A stretch of 63,980 nucleotides of DNA, filler included, from 5 parts of 5 records of this genome joined end to end with filler, not necessarily neighbours in it; one strand, 5' to 3'; positions 30,318-43,820 are shown, numbered from the whole stretch's first letter. The notes: a model not told the origin generated them from the letters alone. A program made the numbers and translations.

Positions 30318-32669
30318 TTATCTTGCCCGGAGCCGAACGTCCAATTCCATCTCATTTCCGTCTCGCTGGATGGTCAATCGCAGCGAGTCTCCGGGTGACT
30401 TCGGTCGAAGTTCGTCCCGCAAATCGTTGATGGTTTGGATCGTTTTGTCTCCGGCCTTGATCAATTGATCGCCCACTTGGATGCCACCTTCCTTCGCAGC
30501 ACCGGGATCCATCACCGCGGCAACTGCGTTGGTGTCAGGATCCAATTGGATTCCCAAAACCACGGACAATTGACGCCGGATCTGAAAGTCTTTGTTGGTC
30601 TGCGTGTACGAAGGTCGCTGCTCCATCGTGGCGACACGATTGGCGGCCTGAGAAACGATATCGGTTATGCGGGTCATCCCGTCCAGGTTTAGTTTCTCAA
30701 AATCATCACTTGGACGGTGATAATCGCTATGCAACCCGGTGAAGAAAAACAGAACCGGCACGCCTGCCTCGTAAAAAGACGCGTGATCGCTGGGTCCATA
30801 CCCGGTTGAGACGAGATTGAGTTTGAACGGTCGGGAAGTTTGCTCCATGTCCGAGTTCAAACCCTGAATCAACGATTCGAACCCGTCCGAGGTGCCGGTT
30901 CCGTACACCGTCAGCTCGTTGTCGCGAAGCCGTCCGACCATGTCCATGTTCAGCATCGTGACCGTTTTTGACATCGGGAAGCGTGGCTGCGAGCAGTAAT
31001 ATTTGCTGCCCAACAGTCCGCGTTCTTCGCCAGTGAAAGCGATGAAGACGATGCGGCGATGTTCGGACGCATCCGCCAGTTCGCTGACCACTCGTTCGGC
31101 AACGGCCAGCATCGTGGCCGTTCCCGATGCGTTGTCATCGGCTCCGTTGTGGATTTCGATGGTTCCGGGTGCGAGCGAGCCAATGCCGCCCATTCCGACG
31201 TGATCGTAATGGGCTCCGATGACGACGGTTTCGTCGGCCAGTTTGCCTTTGCCTTCCAACACTCCAATCACATTGGGGCTGGTCGCGGTCGCATTGGTCA
31301 GGCCAACTTTCAAGCGACCACGCAATCCCGGCGAATCAATCGTCCGCGGTTTGTAGTCCGAGTCGATAGCTGCCTCGACCTCCGCCAAACCGTTTGCAAA
31401 AAGAGTTCGTGATTCTTCATTGTCGGATTTGGGTTCTTCGTCGGCGGCAGTGATCGATGCCATTTGCTTTAGCAAGCGATCGGCGACCTCTCGAGAGATG
31501 GAGGCAACCGGAATCGCGGGACGCGTGGCAGTTTTGCCAGTTTCGGGGTCCGTGATCTTTTCATCGCCTTTTCGAGGTCGCGTGCCCGCTTCCGCAGAAC
31601 CGAGCAATCCCCAGTTCGCACGGGCCTGCTCACGCTCTCGTTTGCTCAGCATTTCCTGAACCTGATCAATCTTCTCGGTGAGTGATGAACGCAGATTTGT
31701 CGCCTCAGCGGGCAAGGCATTTCGCTGAGCCAGTAAAGCTTCCAGGCGTCGGTCTTCGGCGGCGTATTGATTGTCGACCGCTTTCAGTGCGAGCTCGATG
31801 CTCGCTGGATCGTTGACAAACAGAACGCCAACGGCTCCTTGGTCAATCGCGGTGGAGATCTTCGTGTCAAAAAAGGCATGACGAGTGTTCTTAAGGCCAT
31901 CGAAAGGGCTGTTCGGATCAGCAAAACCAGGTTCCTTGCGAAGCATCATCACAATTTTGCCTTCCACGGATCCCTTGCTATCGGCGGTTTTCGCGTCTTG
32001 GGATTGGTTCACGGCTGCGTAGTCGTCGTACCCTCGATCGGGAGCTTGGATGCCATAGCCCACCCACACGATGTCCGCTTCGATATCTCCTCGGGTGGCT
32101 CCAATCGCGAGCGGCATGAATTGGTCGTCGAGCTGGATCTCGTCTGGTTCCTCCCCCGTGGACCACCATCGCAAACCGTTTTCTTTCGCCGAAGTTGGTT
32201 GCGATCCCGTGGCCATTTCAACCGGTTGCATCGGCGAATCGCCGTACAAACGGGTTTCCAAGCCCATTTGGCGGTATCGATCAGCGATGTAGTCCGCCGC
32301 TTTCAGGATTTCTGGCCCCACCGCACTGCGGCCGGCCAATTCTTCGCTGGTCAGATAACGAAGGTCCTTCGCGATTGAATCCGCTACCAGCAATGCCTGA
32401 TTTGGGTTGGCGTCGGGTTCGGTCTTTGAGGCGGCTTCGGAGCCTGAAGCTCGGTCCTCGGCAAGCGTTTCTACGGCATAAAAACAATGTGTCGCGATTC
32501 CAACCCCGAGCAACGCGATTGCCACGCGACTGAGTGAACCTAGCTGGCGAATTGTTTGCGTGAGGCTGTTCCCAAACATGCGGATCGTGTTCCTTCGCGT
32601 CATCATTGGCTTCCGGAGGTTGTGGCTGAGATCGTTTCGCGAAAAGGTGTGGGGCACTTCGTTATACAT
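30318..32669 (-). CDS. M28 family aminopeptidase with PA and PDZ domains
   Basis: IGAHYDH, NGADDNASG, FTGEERGLLGS, NMDMVGR, SDH, YHRPSD; C-terminal PDZ. True start probably a little downstream of 32669. Confidence 0.9.
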   Translation of the reverse strand: MYNEVPHTFSRNDLSHNLRKPMMTRRNTIRMFGNSLTQTIRQLGSLSRVAIALLGVGIATHCFYAVETLAEDRASGSEAASKTEPDANPNQALLVADSIAKDLRYLTSEELAGRSAVGPEILKAADYIADRYRQMGLETRLYGDSPMQPVEMATGSQPTSAKENGLRWWSTGEEPDEIQLDDQFMPLAIGATRGDIEADIVWVGYGIQAPDRGYDDYAAVNQSQDAKTADSKGSVEGKIVMMLRKEPGFADPNSPFDGLKNTRHAFFDTKISTAIDQGAVGVLFVNDPASIELALKAVDNQYAAEDRRLEALLAQRNALPAEATNLRSSLTEKIDQVQEMLSKREREQARANWGLLGSAEAGTRPRKGDEKITDPETGKTATRPAIPVASISREVADRLLKQMASITAADEEPKSDNEESRTLFANGLAEVEAAIDSDYKPRTIDSPGLRGRLKVGLTNATATSPNVIGVLEGKGKLADETVVIGAHYDHVGMGGIGSLAPGTIEIHNGADDNASGTATMLAVAERVVSELADASEHRRIVFIAFTGEERGLLGSKYYCSQPRFPMSKTVTMLNMDMVGRLRDNELTVYGTGTSDGFESLIQGLNSDMEQTSRPFKLNLVSTGYGPSDHASFYEAGVPVLFFFTGLHSDYHRPSDDFEKLNLDGMTRITDIVSQAANRVATMEQRPSYTQTNKDFQIRRQLSVVLGIQLDPDTNAVAAVMDPGAAKEGGIQVGDQLIKAGDKTIQTINDLRDELRPKSPGDSLRLTIQRDGNEMELDVRLRAR

Positions 32670-32948
32670 GTTGGCGTCGGTGGATTCTGGACCCGGCCCG
32701 GCGGACTTGCGACATGGAATCGAAACTTAGTTTGATGCAACCGAGCATTCTCGTTGCCAAAATGGCCATTCTCTAGATAGAATTGCCGTCTGGCGAAGGC
32801 GATGTGATTGCTCCAATGGATCCATTTCCTCCCACCAGTCGCTCACCGGTGGCCGAGACAGCCCTTTGTTTCGGTCACCGGCGCGGGACTGAAGATTTGA
32901 CACTCCTGTCGTTTCTTCCCCATCCCAATCCAAGAGGTCTTCCTGCGC

Positions 32949-33842
32949 GTGTCAGCCCAGTCACCGAAATCTTCTCGTGATTCGTCACGAGAATCGCTCT
33001 CCTCATCGGCGATGTCATCCCGAGAGGCGGACCCGACCGATATGGACGCTTCGTCGTCATCCAATCCGGATGACGATTTGCAAGCGATTCGGTTGGTCGA
33101 TGCCTCGGACGATGAGCCTTATGCCGACGCGGTCGCAAAGATCGAGCGTTGCCAAGAGATTCTGGGGTACGACTTTCGTGACCTTGATCTGTTGAGGTCG
33201 GCTCTCACACACGCATCCGGTGCATCACATCGATTGGCCAGCAACGAACGGTTGGAGTTTTTGGGTGATTCGGTGTTGGGGCTGACCGTTTGCGAATGGT
33301 TGTTCAACGAATACCCAGAGTACAGCGAAGGAGATCTGACCAAAATCAAATCTGCTGTCGTCAGTCGTCGCTCGTGTGGCAAGGTCGCCTGCAAGCTGGG
33401 GCTCGATCAATGCTTGATCGTCGGTCGTGGTGTGACCCGCAATCGCAGTTATCCCAAGTCATTGGTCAGCGATGTTTTCGAGGCCGTCATCGCGGCGTTG
33501 TACATCGACGGTGGGCCCGAGATCGTTCGTGATCGATTGAAACTGTGGTTGGCGGAAGAGGTCAACTTGGCCGTCGATACACAGGGATCGGGCAATCACA
33601 AATCGGTCCTCCAGCAATTTGCTCAACGTGAATTGTCAGCGACTCCGGTTTACAAGTTGATTCGTGAAACTGGGCCGGACCATCGCAAGATGTTCTTGAT
33701 GGGTGCGATGGTCGACGACCGCCGTTTTGCTCCCGCTTGGGGAAACAACAAGAAGGACGCCGAGCAACGAGCGGCGGCCAATGCTTTGGCAGAATTGCAC
33801 AACGCGAAGGTTCCCTATGACAGCGAGCAGCCTCCGGCGTAG
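32949..33842 (+). CDS. rnc: Ribonuclease III
   Basis: NERLEFLGDSVLG signature, DVFEA, dsRBD (GPDHRK...KKDAEQRAA); start uncertain. Confidence 0.95.
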   Translation: MSAQSPKSSRDSSRESLSSSAMSSREADPTDMDASSSSNPDDDLQAIRLVDASDDEPYADAVAKIERCQEILGYDFRDLDLLRSALTHASGASHRLASNERLEFLGDSVLGLTVCEWLFNEYPEYSEGDLTKIKSAVVSRRSCGKVACKLGLDQCLIVGRGVTRNRSYPKSLVSDVFEAVIAALYIDGGPEIVRDRLKLWLAEEVNLAVDTQGSGNHKSVLQQFAQRELSATPVYKLIRETGPDHRKMFLMGAMVDDRRFAPAWGNNKKDAEQRAAANALAELHNAKVPYDSEQPPA

Positions 33843-34029
33843 TTGGCGGTTGGTGGAGTAGCGGTCCTGAAAGACGGGGTTGGGACGATTGGCGTTCTGT
33901 CTGAGTGATCGCAATTCGGGTGAACCGATTGCGTCAGTTCGGTGTCACCGCAGAAGCAGGTTGACGGGTTGCGACATCTTTCTCGCATTGCGACTCTGAT
34001 GCCATCTTCATCGCCGTCGCTCCATCGAA

Positions 34030-35001
34030 TTGAGTCATTCCGTGACCACGGAAACCACCGCCGTCAAATCTGTCGCAAAGACCAGTCCGATCCCACTCCA
34101 ATTTTCGTGGGGAGTGACACTGGCGATCGTGGGAACGTTTCTGTTCGCCCTGAAGTCGATCTTTATCAAGCTCTCCTTTGCCGCGGGAGCTGATGCGACG
34201 CTGTTGCTGGCCATTCGAATGGGGATGGCATTCCCGTTCTATGTAGTTGTGTTCGCAGTGTTGCTTCGGCGTCGGTGGGCTTTGGTTGCCGGTTCGGATG
34301 TCCCAGCTTTTCCTATGCCGATCGTGATCCGTTCACTGTTGCTCGGATTCCTCGGCTACTACCTCGCCTCCTATCTCGATTTGTCGGGACTCGAGTACGT
34401 GTCTGCACAACTCGAGAGGCTGACCCTGTTCACCTATCCGGCGATGGTCGCCGCGCTGGCGTGGATGTTTCTGGGGGAACAAGTCAACGCAAGAATTTTG
34501 ATCGCGATCGGATTGTCCTACGCCGGCGTTTACTTGATGTACGGACAAGAGAAAGCGTTCACTCCCGATGCCAACACCGGTTGGGGAGTCTTCTTGGTTT
34601 TCCTTGCCGCGCTCAGCTACTCGCTGTACGTGTTGTTCGCCAAACCGGTGATGCAGAAAATCGGTAGCCGTGAATTCACCAGTTTGGCGATGATCGGCTC
34701 GACGTTCTTCGTTGCCATCCACTTCCTGATGACGCATTCGATCGATGACTTCTTCGACGTTCAACCGATCGTTTACGTGTACGGACTGGTTCTCGCGTTC
34801 GTATGCACGGTGATCCCAAGCTTCATGATTAACGAAGCCATCTTGAAGATTGGAGCGACCCGAACGACCGTAATCGGTTCGGTCGGGCCAGTGTTGACGA
34901 TGTTGCTCGCCGTCATGATCCTTGGCGAACCTTCGTCGTGGAAACACTTCGCCGGAATGGCGATCGCCATTGTCGGCGTCAGTTTGGTTGCCAAGAAGTG
35001 A
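34030..35001 (+). CDS. EamA/DMT family transporter
   Basis: About ten TM segments, LERLTLFTYP, two EamA repeats. Confidence 0.9.
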   Translation: MSHSVTTETTAVKSVAKTSPIPLQFSWGVTLAIVGTFLFALKSIFIKLSFAAGADATLLLAIRMGMAFPFYVVVFAVLLRRRWALVAGSDVPAFPMPIVIRSLLLGFLGYYLASYLDLSGLEYVSAQLERLTLFTYPAMVAALAWMFLGEQVNARILIAIGLSYAGVYLMYGQEKAFTPDANTGWGVFLVFLAALSYSLYVLFAKPVMQKIGSREFTSLAMIGSTFFVAIHFLMTHSIDDFFDVQPIVYVYGLVLAFVCTVIPSFMINEAILKIGATRTTVIGSVGPVLTMLLAVMILGEPSSWKHFAGMAIAIVGVSLVAKK

Positions 35002-35032
35002 GTTGACCCCGGTCAACTGCACTCGCTCAATT

Positions 35033-35734
35033 TCAACCGAGTGCAACCACCGTGAATACCAACGCCATGATCGGGACGAAGACAACGGCTCCCGCGAGGA
35101 GCAGATTAAAGAATCCGCGCCAAGCGGATCCAAACGACTGGACTTCGGCGATGGTGTTGCACATCAACACGAACGACCATACCGCCAAAACAATCTCGAC
35201 CAGCGACAGAGCAAGGACTGGAACGATCAATCCTGGGTTCGATTCCAAGCGAGGCGTTTCGCTCGTGAACAATTCCTCTCTCAGGAGCAACAGTTGAGGA
35301 ATCCAAAGTATCGACGCGACGATGCTGGGGATCGATGCCCAAGTCAAAGCGGTTCGAACCGTTTCGCTGGTTCCCTTGCCGCCCATCCACTTGCCGGTAA
35401 TGGCAACCAGCCAAGCCCCAATCCAAACCCCAATCAGCCCACCGATCGGTCCGAGGATGACGGCGACGGCGATGATCGCAGGCAATGGCAAACGATCGCC
35501 AAGGTCACGCATCGAGGCGCGGTCCAGCGTCTCGCCAATTCCTGAAAGACATGCCAACAGCACCACATGCAACGTGGGATCAGTTGAAATAATCTGGCGA
35601 ACGGTCCTTCGTGGCGAAAGCCAGATGGACTTGAATGGTTTGAAATCACCTTGAGGTTCATATTGACGGGGAGGATCGCCAGACTCATTCGCTATAAACT
35701 GAGGCGTTGAATATGGATTTTCGTGCTGACTCAA
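35033..35734 (-). CDS. Yip1 family membrane protein
   Basis: SIWLSPRRTVR, GKWMGGKG, AEVQSFGSAWRG; N-terminal NPY motif common in planctomycete membrane proteins. Confidence 0.8.
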   Translation of the reverse strand: MSQHENPYSTPQFIANESGDPPRQYEPQGDFKPFKSIWLSPRRTVRQIISTDPTLHVVLLACLSGIGETLDRASMRDLGDRLPLPAIIAVAVILGPIGGLIGVWIGAWLVAITGKWMGGKGTSETVRTALTWASIPSIVASILWIPQLLLLREELFTSETPRLESNPGLIVPVLALSLVEIVLAVWSFVLMCNTIAEVQSFGSAWRGFFNLLLAGAVVFVPIMALVFTVVALG

Positions 35735-36013
35735 GGTGCCCTTCTCCAGCTCAAGTAGGTGTTTTTGAATAGCCTACATTGCGAGGAAGGATTGAGTCCA
35801 TGGCAGCGACTCCCTAAATGACGACCAAGCTGATCAATCAGTTGCCGTCTGAATATTTGGCACCGCAATCTCAACCCAAAACGGACTCGCTTCATCAGGT
35901 GAGTTTGCAACTCGTTGAGAGAGCGGCGACAGGACGTTCCATTGCGGATTGTCCCGTTGAGGATTCACCCGCCGACGATTGTTTCTTAGTGCAACGGTGT
36001 GACTATCTCCGGA

Positions 36014-36535
36014 TCAATAGTCCATGACTTTGTCGGCTTCGATCAGCATTTTTCCGAGCATCGGTAGAGTCGCGATCTGTGCGTTGCGTTTGAGTCCAGG
36101 GTCGGTGACATGAGCTGACTTGGCACAATGTGGGCAGACCAAAACCTTGCCACCACCGTCTGCAAACTTCTCGTAGAGTTCCGCCAACGATGGCGAATCC
36201 GGTCCCCAATTGAATTTGAGTTCCTGTTTGCGTTCGGCGATGCGGACTCCCTCCAAATCGACAAACAACGTCACGTCGGCGCCGTAGTCTTGCATCAAAT
36301 TGGCAACCTTCACCGCCATAAAGCAGCGATGCAAATCATCGGTGAAGTGAGACAGGTGCACCACGACCTTTTGCCCGCTTCCATCAACATTGGATTTCTC
36401 CTCCGCGTTTGTTGACGGACCAACGGATGCGAGGACAAGCGAAATAGCGACAAGACAAGTGCGGAACCACTGCTTGGAAAGAGACATGACTGAACTCCTG
36501 ATGCGAGTTGAAGTGAGGCGAAACAATTCAGTCAA
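36014..36535 (-). CDS. DsrE family protein with probable signal peptide
   Basis: VTLFVDLEGV, GGKVLVCPHCA, ADKVMDY; start may be at MSLSKQ. Confidence 0.75.
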   Translation of the reverse strand: MTELFRLTSTRIRSSVMSLSKQWFRTCLVAISLVLASVGPSTNAEEKSNVDGSGQKVVVHLSHFTDDLHRCFMAVKVANLMQDYGADVTLFVDLEGVRIAERKQELKFNWGPDSPSLAELYEKFADGGGKVLVCPHCAKSAHVTDPGLKRNAQIATLPMLGKMLIEADKVMDY

Positions 36536-36747
36536 GGATTGGCAAATGACATACCGTCATTGGAAACCCAGGTCGGATCGTTTTGGCAACCTGGATTCTG
36601 TGCGTCGGTGGACGCATTGAGTGATCCACGCACACTCGGTTGCGCCAGCACGACCCTGGTTGAAGGTTTGCTTTGTGTGGATCCGTTCGATCAATAGCGA
36701 CTAGGAGTGATCATGCCGGCTTGGTTTCGTCGATGATTGTGAGCGAT

Positions 36748-37668
36748 TTACCGCTCGCTTTCCGTCAACGCTTCGAAGCCGACGACAACATCCAGCAACT
36801 CTTCGGTGATCGCGGTTTGCCGTTGAGTTTTAAAAGCCGTGTTCAGTTCATCAAGTGTTTCTTCGATGTTCTTTTCCGCAGCTTGCATCGCTGCGATCCG
36901 ACTGGCGTTTTCGCTGGCCAAGGATTCCGCACAAGCTTGGTACAGCGAAACGTAAAGGCTTTCACGTACAAGCAGTGAAAACAACTCTTCACGCTCGCCG
37001 CCGAAAGTTGGCAAGCAGGGTGAGTCCCATTGCTTGACCGAAAGTTGTTTCAGCCATGCCAAATCGATCGGCAACAGTTGAGTTGTGTTGGGCTGGTACG
37101 ATCCCGCGGACGATCGCTTGTTTGAGTAGATTCTCAGTTTCGTCAAATTGCGTTGTTCTCGCACCGCTTCCACCGCGGTCAGCAAATCGCTGACGCAGTC
37201 CGCGATCTCGGGCACCGTGGTCGGAATCCGAAACGCTTCGTCAATCGACCAACCACTGTCGGTCAATAGAAACGCAACCCTTGCTCCCACAATCCACAAT
37301 GCCTCGGGAGGCCGCCGGCAGTGCTTGGCATGATGTTCCAAGGCATGCATTGCGATTTGTTCATTGAATTGACCGCACATGCCTTGGTCGCTTCCAAAGA
37401 CAATCACGCCATGGTGTGAACCATTCTCGTGCCCACTCGATGGTCGGTTTTGACCGCCCCATTCGTTGGTCTGCAGAGGCTGCAGTCTCTGCTCTCGTAG
37501 GATCACTTGCAGTCCCAATTCAATGGTTCGGTTGTAATCCATCAACGCGTCCGCAGCTCGCTGGTATTGGTGTATTCGAACGGCGGCCAACGTTTTCATC
37601 GTTGTCACAACTGACTGCAAGTCCGACGCTGTTTCGATCTTTCGACGCAAGAGTTCAAGCGTGGGCAT
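36748..37668 (-). CDS. atpG: N-ATPase gamma subunit
   Basis: [40 protein letters not shown]. Confidence 0.93.
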   Translation of the reverse strand: MPTLELLRRKIETASDLQSVVTTMKTLAAVRIHQYQRAADALMDYNRTIELGLQVILREQRLQPLQTNEWGGQNRPSSGHENGSHHGVIVFGSDQGMCGQFNEQIAMHALEHHAKHCRRPPEALWIVGARVAFLLTDSGWSIDEAFRIPTTVPEIADCVSDLLTAVEAVREQRNLTKLRIYSNKRSSAGSYQPNTTQLLPIDLAWLKQLSVKQWDSPCLPTFGGEREELFSLLVRESLYVSLYQACAESLASENASRIAAMQAAEKNIEETLDELNTAFKTQRQTAITEELLDVVVGFEALTESER

Positions 37669-39169
37669 GAACCGCTCCGGCAGCGATGTTGGCGATCTGT
37701 TCTACCTGTTGTTTATCGAGCTTTTTCCCCGACTGCATTTGCGCACACAAATCATTCGCTTGCGACGTCACCGCGTCTTGAATCGCACGTTCAATCGTCG
37801 GAAGTTGGTCCACGAGAACGCCATCCAATACGCCATTGGTCACCGCTATCAACGAAGCAATCTGTTGCGGCAACGTGAGCGGCTGAAACTGTGTCTGCTT
37901 CAATATTTCGCGAATTAATCGTCCGCGATCGAGTGTTGCGCGGGTGTCCTCGTCGAGTTGACTGCTGAAGCGAGCAAATCGTTCCAGTTCTTCGAATTGC
38001 GAGTATGTCAGTCGCAAGTCACCCGCCACGACTCGGTAGGCGGGCAGTTGAGTTTTGCCACCCACGCGAGACACGCTGCGTCCAACATCGATCGCGGGCA
38101 ACACGCCCTTTCGAAACAACGTGGGCGAGAGGTAGATTTGGCCGTCCGTGATCGAAATCAGATTTGTCGGTATGTAGGCCGAAACGTTTTGGGCTTCCGT
38201 TTCAATGATGGGAAGTGCCGTCAACGAGCCTCCGCCAGCACTTTGGATCAAGTGCGTGGACCGTTCCAGCAACCGTGAGTGAACGTAAAAGATGTCGCCC
38301 GGAAATGCCTCTCGACCCGGCGGGCGCCGTAGCAGCAATGACAGGTGGCGGTATGCTCTCGCGTGGGATGTCAGGTCATCGTAGACGATCAAGACGTCAC
38401 GGCCCTGTCGCATGAAGTGCTCACCCATCGTCGTTGCCGCGTAAGGAGCAAGGAACTGCAACCCTGGCGGGGCGTCATCAGCACCGATGACCACGATCGT
38501 GTGGTCCAAGGCGTCGTGACGACGCAAGTTTTCGATCACGCGAGCGACGCCTGTGCTTCGTTGACCGATGCTGCAATAGATGCAAATCACATCGCGGCCG
38601 CGTTGGTTGATGATCGTGTCGATCGCAATTGCAGTCTTGCCCGTTTGGCGATCGCCGAGTAGCAGTTGCCGTTGGCCACGCCCGATCGGAATCATCGCGT
38701 CAACGACTTTCAGCCCCGATTGCAACGGAACCGTCACCGGAGCACGTTGCATAATCGGCGGCGCGTCGCGTTCGCAAGGTTCGCGTGGTAGATCATCAAG
38801 CGAACGGCCACCGTCCAAAGGCCGACCCACCGGGTCCACCACGCGGCCGAGCAACTGGTCGCCAACGGGTGTGTCCAGCACCGAGTGCATTCGCTCCACC
38901 CGCGAACCTGCGGTGATCTGATCGCTGGAATCCAATAACACACAACCGACTTGGTCGGGATCCAAGTTGAACGCGTAACCAAGATGACCACCAGCAAACC
39001 GAAGTACTTCATCGACCTGAACGTGTGGCAAACCGTGAACGCGTGCGATCCCGCGTTGGACCTCTTCGACGGTGCCGATTTCGGTGACGGTCAGTTGGCT
39101 GGGTTGCGATTTGACCGCTTGATCAAATTGCTGAGCGGCGGTTTCAAGCGTTTCTGAATAGGTGGTCAT
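37655..39169 (-). CDS. atpA: N-ATPase alpha subunit
   Basis: [34 protein letters not shown]. Confidence 0.96.
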   Translation of the reverse strand: MTTYSETLETAAQQFDQAVKSQPSQLTVTEIGTVEEVQRGIARVHGLPHVQVDEVLRFAGGHLGYAFNLDPDQVGCVLLDSSDQITAGSRVERMHSVLDTPVGDQLLGRVVDPVGRPLDGGRSLDDLPREPCERDAPPIMQRAPVTVPLQSGLKVVDAMIPIGRGQRQLLLGDRQTGKTAIAIDTIINQRGRDVICIYCSIGQRSTGVARVIENLRRHDALDHTIVVIGADDAPPGLQFLAPYAATTMGEHFMRQGRDVLIVYDDLTSHARAYRHLSLLLRRPPGREAFPGDIFYVHSRLLERSTHLIQSAGGGSLTALPIIETEAQNVSAYIPTNLISITDGQIYLSPTLFRKGVLPAIDVGRSVSRVGGKTQLPAYRVVAGDLRLTYSQFEELERFARFSSQLDEDTRATLDRGRLIREILKQTQFQPLTLPQQIASLIAVTNGVLDGVLVDQLPTIERAIQDAVTSQANDLCAQMQSGKKLDKQQVEQIANIAAGAVHAHA

Positions 39170-39262
39170 GATCGATCGGGGGTGCACAGCGGCAAGTCTT
39201 GGCGGAAGCGACACGTCATCGTTGAAAGAGTCAATTGCCTCATCCGACTTCGGCACCGTTGC

Positions 39263-40003
39263 TTACGCCACGTTGGCCTCCATCGTCTTCAGCGTACGTT
39301 CGGCGTTCCAAGGCAGGCTGTATCCGCCCGCGTCCATCTCGATTCCCGCGATCAACGCAGGCTCAGATTCGAAGCGAACTTCCACCTTGTTTTCAAACAC
39401 TCGATGGATCGCGTCACGAATTTGATTTTGGTCGCTGCTATCCAGACCTTCGGCAGATCGAACCAAGACCGGGTTCCCTGAATCAGCCAGTTGCGTGGCA
39501 ATCGCAGCAAGTTGATCCTCGGCCAGCGTCTGCAACTGTTTTAGAAATGTTTGGCAAACCCGTTTCTGCAAATCCTCGTCCGCCAGTTGCTGAACCGTTT
39601 CTCTCGCCGCCTGAAACCCCATACGCTGAATGTCACGACGAGTTTGATCGGCCAGGTCTTTTTGGTCTCGTTCAAAGGTGGACGTCCAGTGTTCTCGTCG
39701 TGTGTCCGCTTCTTTCCGTGCCTCGGCGATCAGTCGTTGACGTTCGTTGTCCGCGTCAGCCTTGGCTTTGGTGAGCAGTTCCTCGCGTCGTTCCTGCAAC
39801 AATTGCGTCTGTTTTTCGAGCGACATGCGTTGCTGGTTCGCTTCGACTTTCGCTGTCTCCGCATCAGTCAGACATTGTGTCACTTTCTGTTCCCGTGCTT
39901 GCATCGCGCGGACAATGGGTGCGTAAAGGAAGTATCGCAACAACCCAACCAGGACCAGGAAGTTGATGACTTGTGCGGTAAAGGTGAACCAATCAATGCT
40001 CAT
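39263..40003 (-). CDS. atpF: N-ATPase b subunit with delta-like C-terminal extension
   Basis: IDWFTFTAQVINFLVL TM segment, coiled coil, C-terminal LIAGIEM...W. Confidence 0.92.
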   Translation of the reverse strand: MSIDWFTFTAQVINFLVLVGLLRYFLYAPIVRAMQAREQKVTQCLTDAETAKVEANQQRMSLEKQTQLLQERREELLTKAKADADNERQRLIAEARKEADTRREHWTSTFERDQKDLADQTRRDIQRMGFQAARETVQQLADEDLQKRVCQTFLKQLQTLAEDQLAAIATQLADSGNPVLVRSAEGLDSSDQNQIRDAIHRVFENKVEVRFESEPALIAGIEMDAGGYSLPWNAERTLKTMEANVA

Positions 40004-40019
40004 CGTTTTGTATCCCTTC

Positions 40020-40286
40020 CTACTGCGTTAGCTGGTTCCAGAAGGGGTTTGCGAACAACAAGATCATCGAAACGACAAAGCAGTAAATGGCCGTCGACTC
40101 GATCATCGCTAAACCCACAAACAGGGTGCGAGTGATCGTGTTGGAGGAATCCGGTTGCTGTGCGATCGAATTGAGAGCCTGTGCCACGGCGCGACCTTCA
40201 GCAAATGCAGGCCCGATCGAACCAATCGCGGTGGTCAGTCCCGCCATGATGATGCTGGCGACGGCGATTGACGTGGTGCTATCCAT
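40020..40286 (-). CDS. atpE: N-ATPase c subunit (Na+-binding type)
   Basis: AEG in helix 1, QQP loop, ESTAIY in helix 2. Confidence 0.95.
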   Translation of the reverse strand: MDSTTSIAVASIIMAGLTTAIGSIGPAFAEGRAVAQALNSIAQQPDSSNTITRTLFVGLAMIESTAIYCFVVSMILLFANPFWNQLTQ

Positions 40287-40367
40287 GGTGTTTTCCTTTG
40301 GAATTGAAATGCGAATTCGATGTTCGGCAGGCGAGCGACAGGAGTGCAACTGTTTTGTCGAACACGA

Positions 40368-41054
40368 TCACTTCGCGACTTTGGTTGCCGAAGCGATGTA
40401 AACCATTGCCAACACCGCAAAGATGTAAGCTTGAATCATTCCAGTCAGCAGTCCCATCACTTGCATTACGATTGGAACGAAGAGTGGGACGAAGCTGATC
40501 AAAATCGCGGCGATCACGGCGCCGCTCATCATGTTCCCGTACAAACGCACAGCCAGTGCCAAAGTCCTGGAAAGTTCGCCAATCAAATTAAAAGGCAGCA
40601 TCAAAGGAGTTGGTTGCAGGTACCGCTTCAAGTAGTCGCCCACCCCGTGCGAGGCGATGCCGAACACAGGAACAGCCACAAACACACACGTCGCTAGTGC
40701 TGCTGTTGTCGACAAAGATCCAGTCGGTGCGACGTAGCCGGGCACGATGCTCAGCAAGTTTGCTACGGCGATGAATAGGAATAGTGTTCCTACGAACGGC
40801 ATGTACGGCCCCGGATCGTGTCGGCTGACATCTCGGATTTGATCTCGAATGCCGGTGACCAGCACTTCCAAGAGATTCTGCCAGCGTGGGATTTTGGTAT
40901 CGCTAGTCAATCGTCGCGTGATCCACCACGAGCCGATGACCAGCAACGCCATCACTAGCCAAGTGAAGGCAAGCGTCACATTGATCTTCACAACCGGCCA
41001 AGCTTCCGATTGCCAAAGGATTGATTCGTCCGGTGATATTTGCACGCCGTTCAT
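40368..41054 (-). CDS. atpB: N-ATPase a subunit
   Basis: SRTLALAVRLYGNM, IQAYIFAVL. Confidence 0.95.
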   Translation of the reverse strand: MNGVQISPDESILWQSEAWPVVKINVTLAFTWLVMALLVIGSWWITRRLTSDTKIPRWQNLLEVLVTGIRDQIRDVSRHDPGPYMPFVGTLFLFIAVANLLSIVPGYVAPTGSLSTTAALATCVFVAVPVFGIASHGVGDYLKRYLQPTPLMLPFNLIGELSRTLALAVRLYGNMMSGAVIAAILISFVPLFVPIVMQVMGLLTGMIQAYIFAVLAMVYIASATKVAK

Positions 41055-41398
41055 CGTTCGCTCCCGGGATGCAAAGTTTTCGCGGGCGAAGTTTGTGTTG
41101 CCGAAAGTTGAAAGCTGGTGTCACGCTGAGCGATAGTGCACACGCCGACCGTGCGGATGAGCGCGAATCCCATGGCCGCGGCCACCAAGATGCGCCAATC
41201 CCCTCTTCGTGCCAGCATTGCCAGAACACCCAACACCACCGCCATTCGTAGCAACGCACTGCCGCAAAGCAACAACCACGGCTGGCGAGACGCTGGCAAA
41301 CGAACTGTGGTCCACCACAACGACGCCACGAAGAACACCGCTGCAGCGGCTCCCGCAAGAAATCCACCTGTCATCGCGACCCATTCATTCATCTTCAT
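41051..41398 (-). CDS. atpR: N-ATPase AtpR subunit
   Basis: FFVASLWWT, SALLRM; position between atpQ and atpB. Confidence 0.8.
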   Translation of the reverse strand: MKMNEWVAMTGGFLAGAAAAVFFVASLWWTTVRLPASRQPWLLLCGSALLRMAVVLGVLAMLARRGDWRILVAAAMGFALIRTVGVCTIAQRDTSFQLSATQTSPAKTLHPGSER

Positions 41399-41669
41399 TC
41401 TCCCGGTTGACCCACCACCAAGCGTTCAAGCAGCCGACCCCGACGCCACCGATCAACAGCATCAACGTCCACGAAAATCGACTCGGCCAACGTTCATCGA
41501 CCCAGATTCCCATCGCAATCCCAAGCAATGTTGGAGTCGCGATGGACCACCCAACCAATCCGAACATGCCCAGTCCAAACCACGCCGAACGATCACCTTG
41601 TTGACGCGCGTCGAGCTTGCGAGATTGCTTTGCATCAACGTTGTCTTGAAGCGTTTGTCGTTTGTTCAT
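41385..41669 (-). CDS. atpQ: N-ATPase AtpQ (AtpZ/AtpI family)
   Basis: GLGMFGLVGWSIATP, GIWVD, GCLNAWWWV. Confidence 0.85.
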   Translation of the reverse strand: MNKRQTLQDNVDAKQSRKLDARQQGDRSAWFGLGMFGLVGWSIATPTLLGIAMGIWVDERWPSRFSWTLMLLIGGVGVGCLNAWWWVNRENEDE

Positions 41670-41684
41670 GGCTTGATTCGTTCC

Positions 41685-43627
<1,943 letters not shown>

Positions 43628-43719
43628 TCAAATGTCTTTCAATTCAGCAGGTACGCAGGGATGGTTGGGTTTCATCTTGTGAGCCGTTTGGCGTTAGCCC
43701 CGGTTTTGCGTGGGAACCG

Positions 43720-43819
43720 NNNNNNNNNNNNNNNNNNNNNNNNNNNNNNNNNNNNNNNNNNNNTTAATTAATTAANNNNNNNNNNNNNNNNNNNNNNNNN
43801 NNNNNNNNNNNNNNNNNNN
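43720..43819. other. Artificial contig linker
   Basis: N-run + TTAATTAATTAA + N-run. Confidence 0.99.
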
Positions 43820-43820
43820 T

